DNA of 64,000 nt from Candidatus Limisoma sp. (GTDB lineage: Bacteria > Bacteroidota > Bacteroidia > Bacteroidales > Muribaculaceae). Where the stretch lies: the NCBI GenBank assembly GCA_051872155.1, contig JBJEDO010000024.1, positions 3,542 through 67,541 of the forward strand. Direction: 5' to 3'. The position numbers were made by a program, and so were the translations under genes. Shown here in pieces: positions 37,725 through 47,812 of this stretch (positions are counted from its first letter, which is position 1; each line of letters opens with the position of its first letter). The notes beneath the pieces were generated by a model. The model did no database searches and was not told the origin of the DNA. It saw only the letters and a program-made list of their open reading frames with translations.

Positions 37725-37726
37725 CT

Positions 37727-38164
37727 ATGAACGGAAACGGAACATTGACAACAGTAATCCAATTAGCCAAATACGGCATCATCGGTGTCAGCAACACGCT
37801 GATAACCCTCGTTGCCTTCTACCTTATAAACACCGTAGCCGGAGTGTCGGAAAACGTGGCAAACGTCGTGGGCTACATACTCGGCTTGATTAACAGTTTC
37901 GTGTGGAACCGCAACTGGGTGTTTAAGACCAAAAACGATTGGCGCCGCGAAGCGTTGCTCTTCGCCGTCGGCTTCGGCATATGCTTCGCCCTGCAGTTTG
38001 CGCTCTTCTACTACCTGCTCCACTACACCGACATTGCCGACATGCAACTGTCGTGGCTGCCGATGAAAAAGACCGGCGAAAACGTGGCAATGTGCATCAG
38101 TATGGTGGTCTACACCCTCGCAAACTACTGCTACAACCGTTTCGTAACTTTCAAACAAAAGTAA
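37727..38164 (+). CDS. GtrA-family membrane protein
   Basis: Four TM segments. 'KYGIIGVSNTLITLVAFYLL' ... 'NYCYNRFVTFK' is the GtrA C-terminal signature. The listed start 37721 is TTG, and ATG is at 37727. Confidence 0.75.
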   Translation: MNGNGTLTTVIQLAKYGIIGVSNTLITLVAFYLINTVAGVSENVANVVGYILGLINSFVWNRNWVFKTKNDWRREALLFAVGFGICFALQFALFYYLLHYTDIADMQLSWLPMKKTGENVAMCISMVVYTLANYCYNRFVTFKQK

Positions 38165-38165
38165 G

Positions 38166-39485
38166 ATGAAAGTAAAGGCGGAATACTCACTCCTGGCAAT
38201 CATTATCTTCGCATCAGCGGTGATAATCTTCCCGTTTTTGGGTGAGAAGCCGCTACGTACCGATGAGATTTCGCTGCTGGAGTTGGCTCGCCGGTTTATG
38301 ACGTCGGGCATCTCGAACGTGTTCGACGGCGACGGCATCGACTTTCCGCGCAACTTTTACGCCTACTTAGTGTCGATAGCGCTCAACAACCTTGACGTGT
38401 CGGATGCCGTATGCGTCAGGCTACCGTCTGCGGTCACGATGGCGCTGCTTTCGATAGGCATGTACCAATTTCGCGGGTCGAACGAAAAGATGAGCAAAGC
38501 GTTTCTGGCGTCGCTTCTGTTCTTGTCGTGCTACGCCGTGACGTCACTGGCATTCCACGCCAACCCGGTGACCGTGACAGCGCTGTCGTTCATCTTCTCG
38601 CTGTCGGCAATCTACCACTGGATAAAGCTACCCACCCCGACAAAAGCATATCTTGCCATAGCCACAACGGCATGCTCGGCAATCTTTATGGGACTATTTG
38701 CGCCGATTATCGTGCTCGTCGCAGGCATTGCGTTTATGCTACTGCGCGACCAACGCCAAGTTTGGGTATTCCTGAAATTTGCGCTAATTCCGTGCACGGC
38801 AATCCTTCTCGCCTACGCCACGCTAATCTTCGTGACCAACGACCAACCGTCGGCTCACAACGTGCTCGGATTTGAGCAGATTACCGCATCAATAGCCGAC
38901 TTCAACACCCTCGGCAACCTTTTCGGACAAATATTCCTTTCCATCTTCCCGTGGTCGATTCCCATAGGCATAGCCATATTCTGGATTGCCGCCAACCCGT
39001 CGTGGATAAAAGACAAATTCTCGACGCTTTCGCTTTTCAAGCAATTCGGCGTTGTGATTTTCATTATAGCCATGCCGTCGCTGATGGCATTCAACCGACT
39101 GTCGGTCATTATGTTGCTAATGGCTATCTACTTCAACATGCCGACAATCAGCAGTTTTCTGCTGTCGCAAATCCACAACCACACGGTGACGTGGCGAGTT
39201 ACGGGGTTGGTGTTTTCTGCCGTAATCGTGGTAATCGCGTGCATCTATTCGGCAACGCTTTTGGGCGTGAGAGCCGACTATTTCAGTTTCGAATTTGCAA
39301 GAATACAAACCTGGGGCGTCGGCAACGTAGCCATCATAGTCGCCATCGTCGTGTGTCTTTACCACCTGTGGCGCAACCAGAGGTCGATAAAGTTCAACAA
39401 TCGTTACCTCTACAACATCGTTGTGCTCTACCTGCTTGCGCAGATGCTTTATGTAGGATTTATTAACCCATACTTGGAAATATGA
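38166..39485 (+). CDS. Polytopic membrane protein, probable GT-C (ArnT/PMT-like) glycosyltransferase
   Basis: At least 10 predicted TM segments. The first loop, 'GEKPLRTDEISLLELARR', resembles the DE-containing loop of GT39/GT83 enzymes. Adjacent to gtrA-like. Confidence 0.5.
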   Translation: MKVKAEYSLLAIIIFASAVIIFPFLGEKPLRTDEISLLELARRFMTSGISNVFDGDGIDFPRNFYAYLVSIALNNLDVSDAVCVRLPSAVTMALLSIGMYQFRGSNEKMSKAFLASLLFLSCYAVTSLAFHANPVTVTALSFIFSLSAIYHWIKLPTPTKAYLAIATTACSAIFMGLFAPIIVLVAGIAFMLLRDQRQVWVFLKFALIPCTAILLAYATLIFVTNDQPSAHNVLGFEQITASIADFNTLGNLFGQIFLSIFPWSIPIGIAIFWIAANPSWIKDKFSTLSLFKQFGVVIFIIAMPSLMAFNRLSVIMLLMAIYFNMPTISSFLLSQIHNHTVTWRVTGLVFSAVIVVIACIYSATLLGVRADYFSFEFARIQTWGVGNVAIIVAIVVCLYHLWRNQRSIKFNNRYLYNIVVLYLLAQMLYVGFINPYLEI

Positions 39486-39790
39486 TAGAATTTCTCAACC
39501 AACACAACCTACTCGGGTTGGCTATCGGACTGTGCACGTTTTTGGTAATCGGCATTTTCCACCCGTTTGTAATCAAAGGCGAATACTATTTCGGCGTAAA
39601 GATATGGTGGGCGTTTTTGGTAGTCGGCATAGTGTGTTGCGTAGCAGCCGCGCTGGTAAGCAACATCTTTTGGTCTACAATTCTCGGCGTAGCCGGATTT
39701 TCGTCGTTCTGGGGCATCGGCGAAGTGTTTGAACAGAAGAAAAGAGTTGAAAAAGGCTGGTTTCCGCGCAATCCCAAGCGCAAGTATTAG
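39482..39790 (+). CDS. Small 3-TM membrane protein (DUF4491-like)
   Basis: 102 aa. ATGA overlap with the upstream gene. The family name is from memory only. Confidence 0.5.
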   Translation: MIEFLNQHNLLGLAIGLCTFLVIGIFHPFVIKGEYYFGVKIWWAFLVVGIVCCVAAALVSNIFWSTILGVAGFSSFWGIGEVFEQKKRVEKGWFPRNPKRKY

Positions 39791-39808
39791 CGCCGGTCAT
39801 AGAAATCG

Positions 39809-39841
39809 AAAAGGCAGCAACCTGCGAGGTCGCTGCCTTTT
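39809..39841. terminator. Bidirectional terminator between convergent genes
   Basis: AAAAGGCAGC-13 nt-GCTGCCTTTT, flanked by A and T runs on both sides. Confidence 0.7.
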
Positions 39842-39860
39842 GTCGTATTTATCGGATTCT

Positions 39861-41570
39861 CTATTTGTTAATCTTTTGCCAACTGTCTTTGAGCGTAATT
39901 GTGCGGTTGAACACGAGACTATCGGGCTTGGAATCCTTGCTGTCGGGGGTGAAATAGCCGATGCGTTGGAACTGGAAGTGAGCGCCCGGCGTGGCGTTTT
40001 CTGCCAAGAACGGCTCGATTTTGATGTTCTTTACCACCTTGATTGACTCGGGATTGAGCATTTCGTGGAAATCGCGTTCCTTCTCTTCGCCGGCATTTTC
40101 GACGTTGAAAAGGCGGTCGTAAAGGCGCGCTTCAGCATCGACGCAGTGACGTGCCGACACCCAGTGGAGCGTACCTTTGACCTTGCGCATACTGCCCGGC
40201 ATACCGCTCTTGGTTTCGGGGTCGTATTCGCAATAGATTTCAACGACGTTACCGTTTTCGTCCTTCTTGCAGCCCGTGCATTTGATGATGTAAGCGCCTT
40301 TGAGACGAACTTCTTTGTCGGGCGAAAGGCGGAAATATTTCTTGGGCGGATTCTCCATAAAGTCGTCGCGCTCGATATAGATTTCGCGGCAGAACGGCAT
40401 CTTGTGCGTGCCACCGTTCGGGTCTTCCGGATTGTTTTCCATATCGACGTCTTCGACAGCATCTTCGGGATAGTTTGTGATAACGACTTTCACCGGGTCG
40501 AGAACGGCGCACACGCGGGTTGCCTTTTTGTTAAGGTCTTCGCGGATGCTGAATTCGAGGAGCGAAATGTCGTTGACAGCCTCAAACTTCGTATAGCCGA
40601 TGCGCGTGAGGAACGATTTGATGGAATCGGGCGTAAAACCGCGACGGCGCAGACCGCTGACGGTCGGCATACGCGGGTCGTCCCAACCGTCGACAAGACC
40701 TTCTTTGACGAGTTGGAGAAGTTTGCGCTTGCTCAACACGGTATAGGTCAAGTTGAGTCGGTTGAACTCAATCTGGCGCGGGCGATACGATTCGTCGGCA
40801 AGATAGTCGACGAAGTAATCGTAAAGCGGACGGTGAGGCACAAACTCGAGGGTACAAATCGAGTGAGTTACACCTTCGAAATAGTCCGACTGGCCGTGAG
40901 CGAAGTCGTACATCGGGTAGACCTTCCACGTGTCGCCGGTGCGATGGTGCGGATGCTTGATGATGCGATACATAATCGGGTCGCGGAAGTGCATATTCGG
41001 CGACGCCATATCGATTTTAGCGCGCAACACCATTGAGCCCTCGTCGAACTCTCCGGCATTCATACGCATAAAGAGGTCGAGGTTTTCCTCAATCGGACGG
41101 TCGCGATAAGGGCTGTTTGTGCCGGCTTGCGTCGGCGTACCCTTTTGCTCTGCAATTTGTTCTGAAGTCTGCTCGTCGACGTAAGCTTTACCTTCTTTAA
41201 TAAGGCGAACAGCCAAGTCGAAAAGTTGTGGGAAGTAGTCGGAAGCATAGTATTCGCGGTCGCCCCAGTCATAGCCGAGCCATTTGATGTCTTCGCGAAT
41301 AGAGTCAACATATTCGGTATCTTCTTTGACAGGGTTAGTGTCGTCGAAGCGGAGGTTGCAAGTACCGCCAAACTTTTCAGCGACGCCGAAGTCCATGCAA
41401 ATAGCCTTCGCGTGGCCAATGTGAAGATATCCGTTAGGTTCGGGTGGGAAACGAGTGCTGAGTCGTCCGCCGTTTTTACCGGCACGGAGGTCGTCTGCCA
41501 CTGCTTGCTCTACGAAATTCAAACCGCCCTCTTTCTCGGGCGCGGGATTTACTGCTTCGTTTACTGACAT
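39861..41570 (-). CDS. glnS: Glutamine--tRNA ligase
   Basis: 'TRFPPEPNGYLHIGHAKA' (HIGH), 'VLSKRKL' (KMSKS-like), 569 aa. Confidence 0.95.
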   Translation of the reverse strand: MSVNEAVNPAPEKEGGLNFVEQAVADDLRAGKNGGRLSTRFPPEPNGYLHIGHAKAICMDFGVAEKFGGTCNLRFDDTNPVKEDTEYVDSIREDIKWLGYDWGDREYYASDYFPQLFDLAVRLIKEGKAYVDEQTSEQIAEQKGTPTQAGTNSPYRDRPIEENLDLFMRMNAGEFDEGSMVLRAKIDMASPNMHFRDPIMYRIIKHPHHRTGDTWKVYPMYDFAHGQSDYFEGVTHSICTLEFVPHRPLYDYFVDYLADESYRPRQIEFNRLNLTYTVLSKRKLLQLVKEGLVDGWDDPRMPTVSGLRRRGFTPDSIKSFLTRIGYTKFEAVNDISLLEFSIREDLNKKATRVCAVLDPVKVVITNYPEDAVEDVDMENNPEDPNGGTHKMPFCREIYIERDDFMENPPKKYFRLSPDKEVRLKGAYIIKCTGCKKDENGNVVEIYCEYDPETKSGMPGSMRKVKGTLHWVSARHCVDAEARLYDRLFNVENAGEEKERDFHEMLNPESIKVVKNIKIEPFLAENATPGAHFQFQRIGYFTPDSKDSKPDSLVFNRTITLKDSWQKINK

Positions 41571-41604
41571 ACTATTATGTTTTAATTAGTTTTTCTATAA
41601 AGTG

Positions 41605-41612
41605 CAAATATA
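41605..41612 (-). promoter_or_regulatory. -7 box (TAtaTTTG on minus strand) for glnS
   Basis: CAAATATA on the plus strand, 34 nt upstream of the ATG at 41570. Confidence 0.5.
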
Positions 41613-41667
41613 CAAAATATTTTGAAAATTTGCTGCTAAAACAGCGGAAAACGACGACAGCGGATGC

Positions 41668-41707
41668 AAAAAGTCGGCGACAGGGTTGAATCTGCCGCCG
41701 ACTTTTT
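41668..41707 (-). terminator. Rho-independent terminator after the decarboxylase operon
   Basis: AAAAAGTCGGCG ... CGCCGACTTTTT, with A/T runs on both sides. Confidence 0.75.
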
Positions 41708-41723
41708 ATATTCAGGTAAATCG

Positions 41724-42881
41724 TTAACCGAGGAATCCGAGGAGAGCACCTGCTGCAACAGCAGAGCCGATAACGCCGGCAACATTCGGACCCATAGCGT
41801 GCATAAGCAGGTAGTTGGATGGGTCGTATTGCAAACCGACGTTGTTGGAGATACGCGCCGACATAGGCACAGCCGATACGCCGGCATTACCGATGAGCGG
41901 GTTAATCTTCTTGGATTTAGGTAATACGAGGTTAAAGAGTTTGACAAAGAGTACGCCCGAAGTCGATGCGATGATAAACGCCATGAATCCGAGTGCGAAA
42001 ATCTTGATTGTGTCGAAAGTCAAGAATTCGGAAGCCTGGGTCGAAGCACCTACGGTGAGACCGAGCAGCATAACGATGATGTCGTTCAATGCGTTGCTTG
42101 CGGTCTTTGCCAAGCGAGTAGTCACACCACTCTCACGAAGGAGGTTACCGAAGAAGAGCATACCGAGAAGCGGAAGGGCTGTCGGCACGACGAAGCAAGT
42201 GAGAAGGAGTCCGACAATCGGGAACATAATCTTCTCTTTTTGCGACACGGCGCGAGCCGGTTTCATCTTGATGACGCGCTCTTTCTTGGTGGTGAGCAAC
42301 TTCATGATAGGCGGTTGGATAACCGGCACAAGTGCCATATAGGAGTAAGCCGACACGGCGATAGCTCCCATGAGGTTAGGTGCAAGTTTCGACGAGAGGA
42401 AGATTGCCGTAGGACCGTCGGCACCACCGATAATGGCGATAGCACCGGCTTGGTCGGGAGCAAACCCGAGGGCAAGAGCAACCATATATGCGCCGAAGAT
42501 GCCGAACTGAGCGGCAGCACCGATGAGCATAAGTTTCGGATTGGCAATAAGCGCCGAGAAGTCGGTCATTGCACCAATACCGAGGAAGATGAGCGGCGGA
42601 TACCATCCGGCACTAACTCCATTGTAAAGGATATTGAGGACAGAACCTTCTTCGTATATACCAACTTCGAGACCGGCATCGATTTTGAAAGGGATGTTGC
42701 CCACAAGGATACCGAAACCAATCGGAACGAGGAGCAGCGGCTCGAAATTGTGTTTGATGGCAAGCCAAATGAAGAACAAACCGACAGCGAGCATAACGAT
42801 GTGTTCCCAAGTGACGTTGGCAAAACCCGTAAAGCTCCAAAAATCGGCTAAGTTTTGGCTTAAGAAATCAAATAATTCCAT
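41724..42881 (-). CDS. mmdB: Na+-translocating decarboxylase beta subunit (OadB/MmdB/GcdB family)
   Basis: 385 aa and polytopic. '[19 protein letters not shown]', 'GAAAQFGIF', 'IIGGADGPT' are OadB-family signatures. Confidence 0.9.
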   Translation of the reverse strand: MELFDFLSQNLADFWSFTGFANVTWEHIVMLAVGLFFIWLAIKHNFEPLLLVPIGFGILVGNIPFKIDAGLEVGIYEEGSVLNILYNGVSAGWYPPLIFLGIGAMTDFSALIANPKLMLIGAAAQFGIFGAYMVALALGFAPDQAGAIAIIGGADGPTAIFLSSKLAPNLMGAIAVSAYSYMALVPVIQPPIMKLLTTKKERVIKMKPARAVSQKEKIMFPIVGLLLTCFVVPTALPLLGMLFFGNLLRESGVTTRLAKTASNALNDIIVMLLGLTVGASTQASEFLTFDTIKIFALGFMAFIIASTSGVLFVKLFNLVLPKSKKINPLIGNAGVSAVPMSARISNNVGLQYDPSNYLLMHAMGPNVAGVIGSAVAAGALLGFLG

Positions 42882-42890
42882 AACTGTTTA

Positions 42891-43325
42891 CTATTCAATT
42901 GTTAAAAGAGTTGCACCTTCGAGCACTGAATCGCCTTTATTAACATCGATAGACTTAACAGTACCGGATTTTTCAGCGTGGATATTGTTTTCCATCTTCA
43001 TAGCCTCGAGGATAACGACAGTGTCGGAAGGCGAAACGGTGTCGCCGACTTTAACTTTGATGTCGAGGATTGTGCCGGGAAGCGGAGCTTTGACAGCACC
43101 TGCACCGCCGGCAGCGGCAGGCTTGGAGATGACTTTAGCGCCCGATTCGGTGCGCGGAGCGGCTGCTGCCTTAGGTGCGGCAACCTTTACCGGCGCAACA
43201 GCTTGCTCTTCGAGCTCAACTTTGTAAGGCACACCGTTGACAAGCACTTGTGCTTCGTTGTTGTCGATGTCGCCAACAGAAACTTTATACTCTGTTCCGT
43301 TGATTTTATATTTATATTCTTTCAT
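42891..43325 (-). CDS. mmdC: Biotin carboxyl carrier subunit
   Basis: Ala/Pro-rich linker, then 'LEAMKMEN' biotinyl-lysine motif. Confidence 0.9.
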   Translation of the reverse strand: MKEYKYKINGTEYKVSVGDIDNNEAQVLVNGVPYKVELEEQAVAPVKVAAPKAAAAPRTESGAKVISKPAAAGGAGAVKAPLPGTILDIKVKVGDTVSPSDTVVILEAMKMENNIHAEKSGTVKSIDVNKGDSVLEGATLLTIE

Positions 43326-43348
43326 TGTTTTATTGGTAGATAATTGGG

Positions 43349-44272
43349 TTATTTATGAGGAGTTTGACGCAAAGAGTAGATTTTAGAGTTCCACGGCGAA
43401 TAAGCACGTTTCACTTTGTTGATAGTCAACACGAAGTCTTCGTGGTCGTGCATGTTAAGATGTTCGTGGAGAGCCATAACGATAGCAGCGATTTCTTCGC
43501 CGGAGTCGGCATTGGTCGACTTAACGTCGGAAGCAACGACCGGACCGTTGTGCGATTCCGCTTTTTTGCGTTTGGCAATCTTCTCATTAACTTTACCAAT
43601 CGAACGGAAGCAAATGCTGAGGATTAACAATGCGGAGAAAACGACGCCCATAGCGAGAACCGTCATGCCGAAACCGTTGCGGTCGTGCTCGGCAAACATT
43701 TCGATTTTCTCGTTAGCATCGATAATCACGTTGTTGCTGCTCGGTGTGATGTATTTCACGCCACCGTCGCGGATTTCCCACGCTTGAGCATCGTCGGCAT
43801 CGTTGCGGATGCCGTCTTCTTTGCGAGCATAAGATTGGTTAGCCGGCAAGTTGGCGGGAATAGTAACTTCGTCGATGAGCGTAATGCCGTCGGCATCGTA
43901 GAGACCAATCCAGTTTTCTTTGCCCGGAGTAAGGGTAAAACTGATATGGAAAGTACCTCTATTGGGCTCACCGTCAGCCCAGAACAGCAAGTGCTGACGG
44001 GGCGGAATTTCGGTGTTGACGTCCATACGCGGCACGGGATACATCTTCGGATTGTTCTTGTCGTTTGTAAGATACATACAAGATGTTTCGACAGGAGCAA
44101 ACGAAGAGTTGAACAATTCAATCCATGCGTGGTATTGACCGTAATCGTCGACGTAGTTACTATCGTTTTGGACCATCACCTCGTTGATGCGCACAGCCTT
44201 ACGCCCTTGAGCGAAGACTGCCGCCGTAGAGGCAACGGCGCAGAGCAATAGAACTATTATTTTCTTATTCAT
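43349..44272 (-). CDS. Lamin-tail-domain :: OadG-family (decarboxylase gamma/delta-like) membrane protein fusion
   Basis: Signal peptide. 'VRINEVM...HAWIELFNSS' is LTD-like. TM helix 'GMTVLAMGVVFSALLILSICF' and C-terminal 'EEIAAIVMALHEH...YSPWNSK' are OadG-like. Confidence 0.7.
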   Translation of the reverse strand: MNKKIIVLLLCAVASTAAVFAQGRKAVRINEVMVQNDSNYVDDYGQYHAWIELFNSSFAPVETSCMYLTNDKNNPKMYPVPRMDVNTEIPPRQHLLFWADGEPNRGTFHISFTLTPGKENWIGLYDADGITLIDEVTIPANLPANQSYARKEDGIRNDADDAQAWEIRDGGVKYITPSSNNVIIDANEKIEMFAEHDRNGFGMTVLAMGVVFSALLILSICFRSIGKVNEKIAKRKKAESHNGPVVASDVKSTNADSGEEIAAIVMALHEHLNMHDHEDFVLTINKVKRAYSPWNSKIYSLRQTPHK

Positions 44273-44284
44273 ATTCTACAATGA

Positions 44285-45838
44285 TTATAATGGAATATTA
44301 CCGTGCTTTTTAGCCGGGTTCGACAATTTCTTGGTAGCCAATTGTTGGAGAGCGCGGATGATGCGGAAACGAGTGTTACGCGGCTCGATAACGTCGTCGA
44401 TATAGCCATACTTCGCTGCGTTGTAGGGGTTGCAGAACAAGTCGGTATATTCTTTCTCTTTTTCGGCGATAAAAGCAGCGGGATCGGCTTGCTCTTTAGC
44501 TTCGCGAGCGTAGAGCACTTCGGCAGCGCCTTCGGCACCCATAACGGCGATTTCGGCAGTAGGCCATGCGTAGTTGACGTCGCCGCGGAGTTGCTTACAG
44601 CTCATCACGATGTGGCTACCTCCGTAGCTCTTGCGGATTGTAACCGTAACTTTGGGCACTGTAGCTTCGCCGTAAGCGTAGAGAAGTTTTGCTCCGTGGA
44701 GGATAACGGCGTTGTACTCTTGACCTGTACCAGGAAGGAATCCCGGCACGTCGACGAGCGATACGATAGGAATATTGAAGGCGTCGCAGAAGCGTACGAA
44801 ACGAGCTGCCTTGCGCGATGCGTTGCAGTCGAGCACACCTGCCAAATATTTCGGCTGGTTGGCAACGATACCTACGCTCTGTCCGTTGAAACGTGCAAAA
44901 CCGATGATGATGTTTTTAGCATAGTTTTGTTGAATTTCAAGGAATTCGCCGTTGTCGATGATAGCGCCGATGATGTCGTACATGTCGTAAGCCTTGTTGG
45001 CTGCTTCGGGCACGATTTCGTTGAGGGCGTCTTCGAGACGGTCAATCGGGTCGGTGCATTGTACGAGGGGAGCTTCTTCGAGGTTGTTTTGCGGGATGAA
45101 GCTGAGGAGGTGACGGATGAGTTTGAGCGCCTCTTCGCCGTCTTCGGTAGCGAAGTGAGCCACACCCGACTTGGTTGAGTGCATTGTAGCACCACCGAGT
45201 TGCTCTTGTGTAACGTCTTCGCCGGTCACTGTCTTAACCACCTTCGGACCGGTCAAGAACATGTAAGAGATACCCTTAGTCATGATGGTGAAGTCGGTCA
45301 AAGCGGGGCTATAAACGGCGCCACCGGCACACGGACCGAGGATTGCAGAGATTTGGGGAACGACGCCCGATGCGAGGATGTTGCGCTCGAAGATTTCGGC
45401 ATAACCACCCAAAGCGTTGATACCTTCTTGGATACGCGCACCACCCGAGTCGTTAAGACCGATGACGGGAGCACCCATCTTCATTGCCATATCCATAATC
45501 TTGCAGATTTTCTGCGCCATAGTTTCGGAAAGCGAACCAGCCGAAACGGTGAAGTCTTGTGCAAAAACATAAACAAGGCGACCATCGATTGTACCGTAAC
45601 CGGTAACGACGCCGTCGCCAAGATAATGCTTTTTGTCCATACCGAAGTTTGTACAACGGTGCTGAACGAACATATCGAATTCTTCGAAACTACCCTCGTC
45701 GAGGAGTTGTGCTATTCGCTCGCGCGCTGTGTATTTGCCTCTGGCGTGCTGCTTCTCGATAGCTTTTTCGCCACCGCCGAGACGAGCCTGCTCGCGTAAT
45801 GCGATTAGACGCTGAACTTTCTCAAGTTGACTGCTCAT
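44285..45838 (-). CDS. mmdA: Methylmalonyl-CoA decarboxylase alpha subunit / acyl-CoA carboxyltransferase
   Basis: 517 aa. '[21 protein letters not shown]', '[13 protein letters not shown]', '[16 protein letters not shown]' are carboxyltransferase signatures. Confidence 0.93.
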   Translation of the reverse strand: MSSQLEKVQRLIALREQARLGGGEKAIEKQHARGKYTARERIAQLLDEGSFEEFDMFVQHRCTNFGMDKKHYLGDGVVTGYGTIDGRLVYVFAQDFTVSAGSLSETMAQKICKIMDMAMKMGAPVIGLNDSGGARIQEGINALGGYAEIFERNILASGVVPQISAILGPCAGGAVYSPALTDFTIMTKGISYMFLTGPKVVKTVTGEDVTQEQLGGATMHSTKSGVAHFATEDGEEALKLIRHLLSFIPQNNLEEAPLVQCTDPIDRLEDALNEIVPEAANKAYDMYDIIGAIIDNGEFLEIQQNYAKNIIIGFARFNGQSVGIVANQPKYLAGVLDCNASRKAARFVRFCDAFNIPIVSLVDVPGFLPGTGQEYNAVILHGAKLLYAYGEATVPKVTVTIRKSYGGSHIVMSCKQLRGDVNYAWPTAEIAVMGAEGAAEVLYAREAKEQADPAAFIAEKEKEYTDLFCNPYNAAKYGYIDDVIEPRNTRFRIIRALQQLATKKLSNPAKKHGNIPL

Positions 45839-45876
45839 ATTGTTATTTTGAATTAATTTGAAAATCTATTGGTGAA

Positions 45877-46284
45877 TTACTCGGGTTTTTCGCAGAGTTC
45901 TGTCAACACGCCGAGAGTCGATTTCGGGTGGAGGAATGCGATGTTAAGACCTTCAGCGCCTTTGCGAGGTGCTTTGTCGATGAGGCGAACGCCTTTGGCT
46001 TCAACCTCGGCAAGCGCTGCAGCAACGCCGTCGGTAGCAAATGCGATGTGGTGGATGCCTTCGCCGCGCTTTTCGATGAATTTTGCAACTGCGCTTTCTT
46101 CGCTGGTCGGCTCAAGAAGTTCAATCTTTGTTTGACCGACTTTGAAGAATGCGGTTTTTACTTTCTGATCGGCTACTTCTTCGATAGCGTAGCATTTGAA
46201 ACCAAGTACTTGTTCGTAATAAGGAATTGCTTCGTCAAGGCTCTTGACAGCGATTCCAAGATGCTCAATGTGAGAAATATTCAT
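45877..46284 (-). CDS. mce: Methylmalonyl-CoA epimerase (VOC family)
   Basis: MNISHIEHLGIAVKSLDEAIPYYE...GEGIHHIAF...TLGVLTELCE. 135 aa from ATG 46284 (the track ORF starts 9 codons earlier). Confidence 0.88.
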   Translation of the reverse strand: MNISHIEHLGIAVKSLDEAIPYYEQVLGFKCYAIEEVADQKVKTAFFKVGQTKIELLEPTSEESAVAKFIEKRGEGIHHIAFATDGVAAALAEVEAKGVRLIDKAPRKGAEGLNIAFLHPKSTLGVLTELCEKPE

Positions 46285-46348
46285 AATATTATAAATTAAT
46301 GTTAGTTTCACTTTTTTGCGCCGGCACTCTACCGCGCAGTTTACCTGG

Positions 46349-46356
46349 CAAATTTA
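46349..46356 (-). promoter_or_regulatory. -7 box (TAaaTTTG on minus strand) for the mce-mmd operon
   Basis: CAAATTTA on the plus strand, 65 nt upstream of ATG 46284. Confidence 0.5.
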
Positions 46357-46423
46357 CTACTTTTTTTTATTATGGCGGGTGTTTACGGAATTTTATTTGG
46401 TCTCAAAGTATGAAAAAATGTAT

Positions 46424-46442
46424 AAAAAATTGAATAATGCAC
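46424..46442 (+). repeat. Left copy of an imperfect direct repeat bracketing the low-G+C island
   Basis: AAAAAATTGAATAATGCAC here versus AAAAAATGAATAGTGCAC at 50952-50969 (one indel, one mismatch). Confidence 0.3.
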
Positions 46443-46538
46443 GTTCCCTATTTCCGTCACTTTATAATTGCCAAAATTCTAAACTCTGATTTTCAAATGT
46501 TTAGCCGCAGGAGGTTTGGTAATTTGGATAACGCGGCG

Positions 46539-46546
46539 TATCTTTG
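46539..46546 (+). promoter_or_regulatory. -7 box (TAtcTTTG), with TTTG 20 nt upstream
   Basis: TAnnTTTG lies 33 nt before ATG 46580. TTTG at 46515-46518 has -33-like spacing. Confidence 0.55.
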
Positions 46547-46579
46547 CGCTACAGAACCGAAAACGACAAGAAAAACCGC

Positions 46580-47632
46580 ATGGCAAGAGAGCTATTATTC
46601 AAAGAATTACCATTTGCGCCGGTTAATGGACAAGTAATATACGTTGAGCAATCTTACGATGAGAAGCTTAACCGATTCATTCGTAACAACTATGAATGGC
46701 TGAAGACCACATTCCGCAGCCAAGGTCTTCAATTCTGTTTCTTGCCTTTATTAGCAGAAGAAGCGATTTGCTACAATGCACCCTATTTGACGTCTGAAGA
46801 ACTTGACAAACAGGTAAAGAGCATTCCGTATTTACCTGATTATCTTGCACATAAAGAAGACATAGCACCAAGTCTTGTATTTGCGCTCGACGTCCCCGTT
46901 GTTGACAAAGACGGCAACACAGTTCTTCTGGCAATACCGATAAAGACTAAGTGGTACACCGACACCAAGACGACATTCGTTAATCTTATTAAGGAGATAA
47001 AAACCGTCTCAAAACACCTTTCTGCTAATGCCGGCGAACCGAAGCCATCGCCCGGCGTACGTTATAGCTTAAGAAAAAATTCCGTTCTTTTTAGCGTAGA
47101 TACGGAAGATGATGCTGATAGCAACTTTGATAGTCAATCGCAGTTGCTGATAGATGAAATAAAACAGCGAATCGAGGCACTGCGTAACAGAGGTGTAAAC
47201 ACGATGTTTCTTCACGATTTGATCGACGAAGGAGAGCATCTTAGCCGACTGCGTATCACCAAAGACTTCCGCATCTTTCTGGTCGACTACGACAACCTTG
47301 AAATCAAACTGTCCGTTCTCCCAAAAGCGGTGTTTATACTCTTCCTTCGCCATCCCGAAGGCATTCGTTTTAAGGAACTTACAGACTATTATTCCGAACT
47401 ACTACAGATATATCTGAAGATGAATCCCAACGGAGGTAGAAGCAAACAGGAACAAAGCATCAGAGATATAACCGACCCGTGCAGCAACAGCATTAACGAG
47501 AAATGCGCACGGATTAGAGAAGCCTTTGTGTCGAACTTCGACGACCGTTTGGCAAAGAACTACTACGTTACAGGCAAACGCGGCGAAGCTAAGCGAATCA
47601 CGCTCGATGAATCGATGATTCTCTGGGAGTAA
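46580..47632 (+). CDS. Hypothetical 350-aa protein (ORFan, cytoplasmic)
   Basis: MARELLFKELPF.... The listed start 46544 precedes or overlaps the promoter box, so ATG 46580 is preferred. No recognised motif. Confidence 0.6.
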   Translation: MARELLFKELPFAPVNGQVIYVEQSYDEKLNRFIRNNYEWLKTTFRSQGLQFCFLPLLAEEAICYNAPYLTSEELDKQVKSIPYLPDYLAHKEDIAPSLVFALDVPVVDKDGNTVLLAIPIKTKWYTDTKTTFVNLIKEIKTVSKHLSANAGEPKPSPGVRYSLRKNSVLFSVDTEDDADSNFDSQSQLLIDEIKQRIEALRNRGVNTMFLHDLIDEGEHLSRLRITKDFRIFLVDYDNLEIKLSVLPKAVFILFLRHPEGIRFKELTDYYSELLQIYLKMNPNGGRSKQEQSIRDITDPCSNSINEKCARIREAFVSNFDDRLAKNYYVTGKRGEAKRITLDESMILWE

Positions 47633-47812
47633 AAAGAAATATTCCCGAGTTGCAAGGCTTGTTTCTTCATTTCCTTTGGCATCTCGCATTTTCTTGAATA
47701 AATTTACATCATATTTAAACAGTCAGTAACCATGATTGAGTAAAAAGCCCATAGAGCGCAAAGCTGCGGAAAACGGAGTTAAGGACACACCAATATTTAC
47801 AATCAGAGAAAA

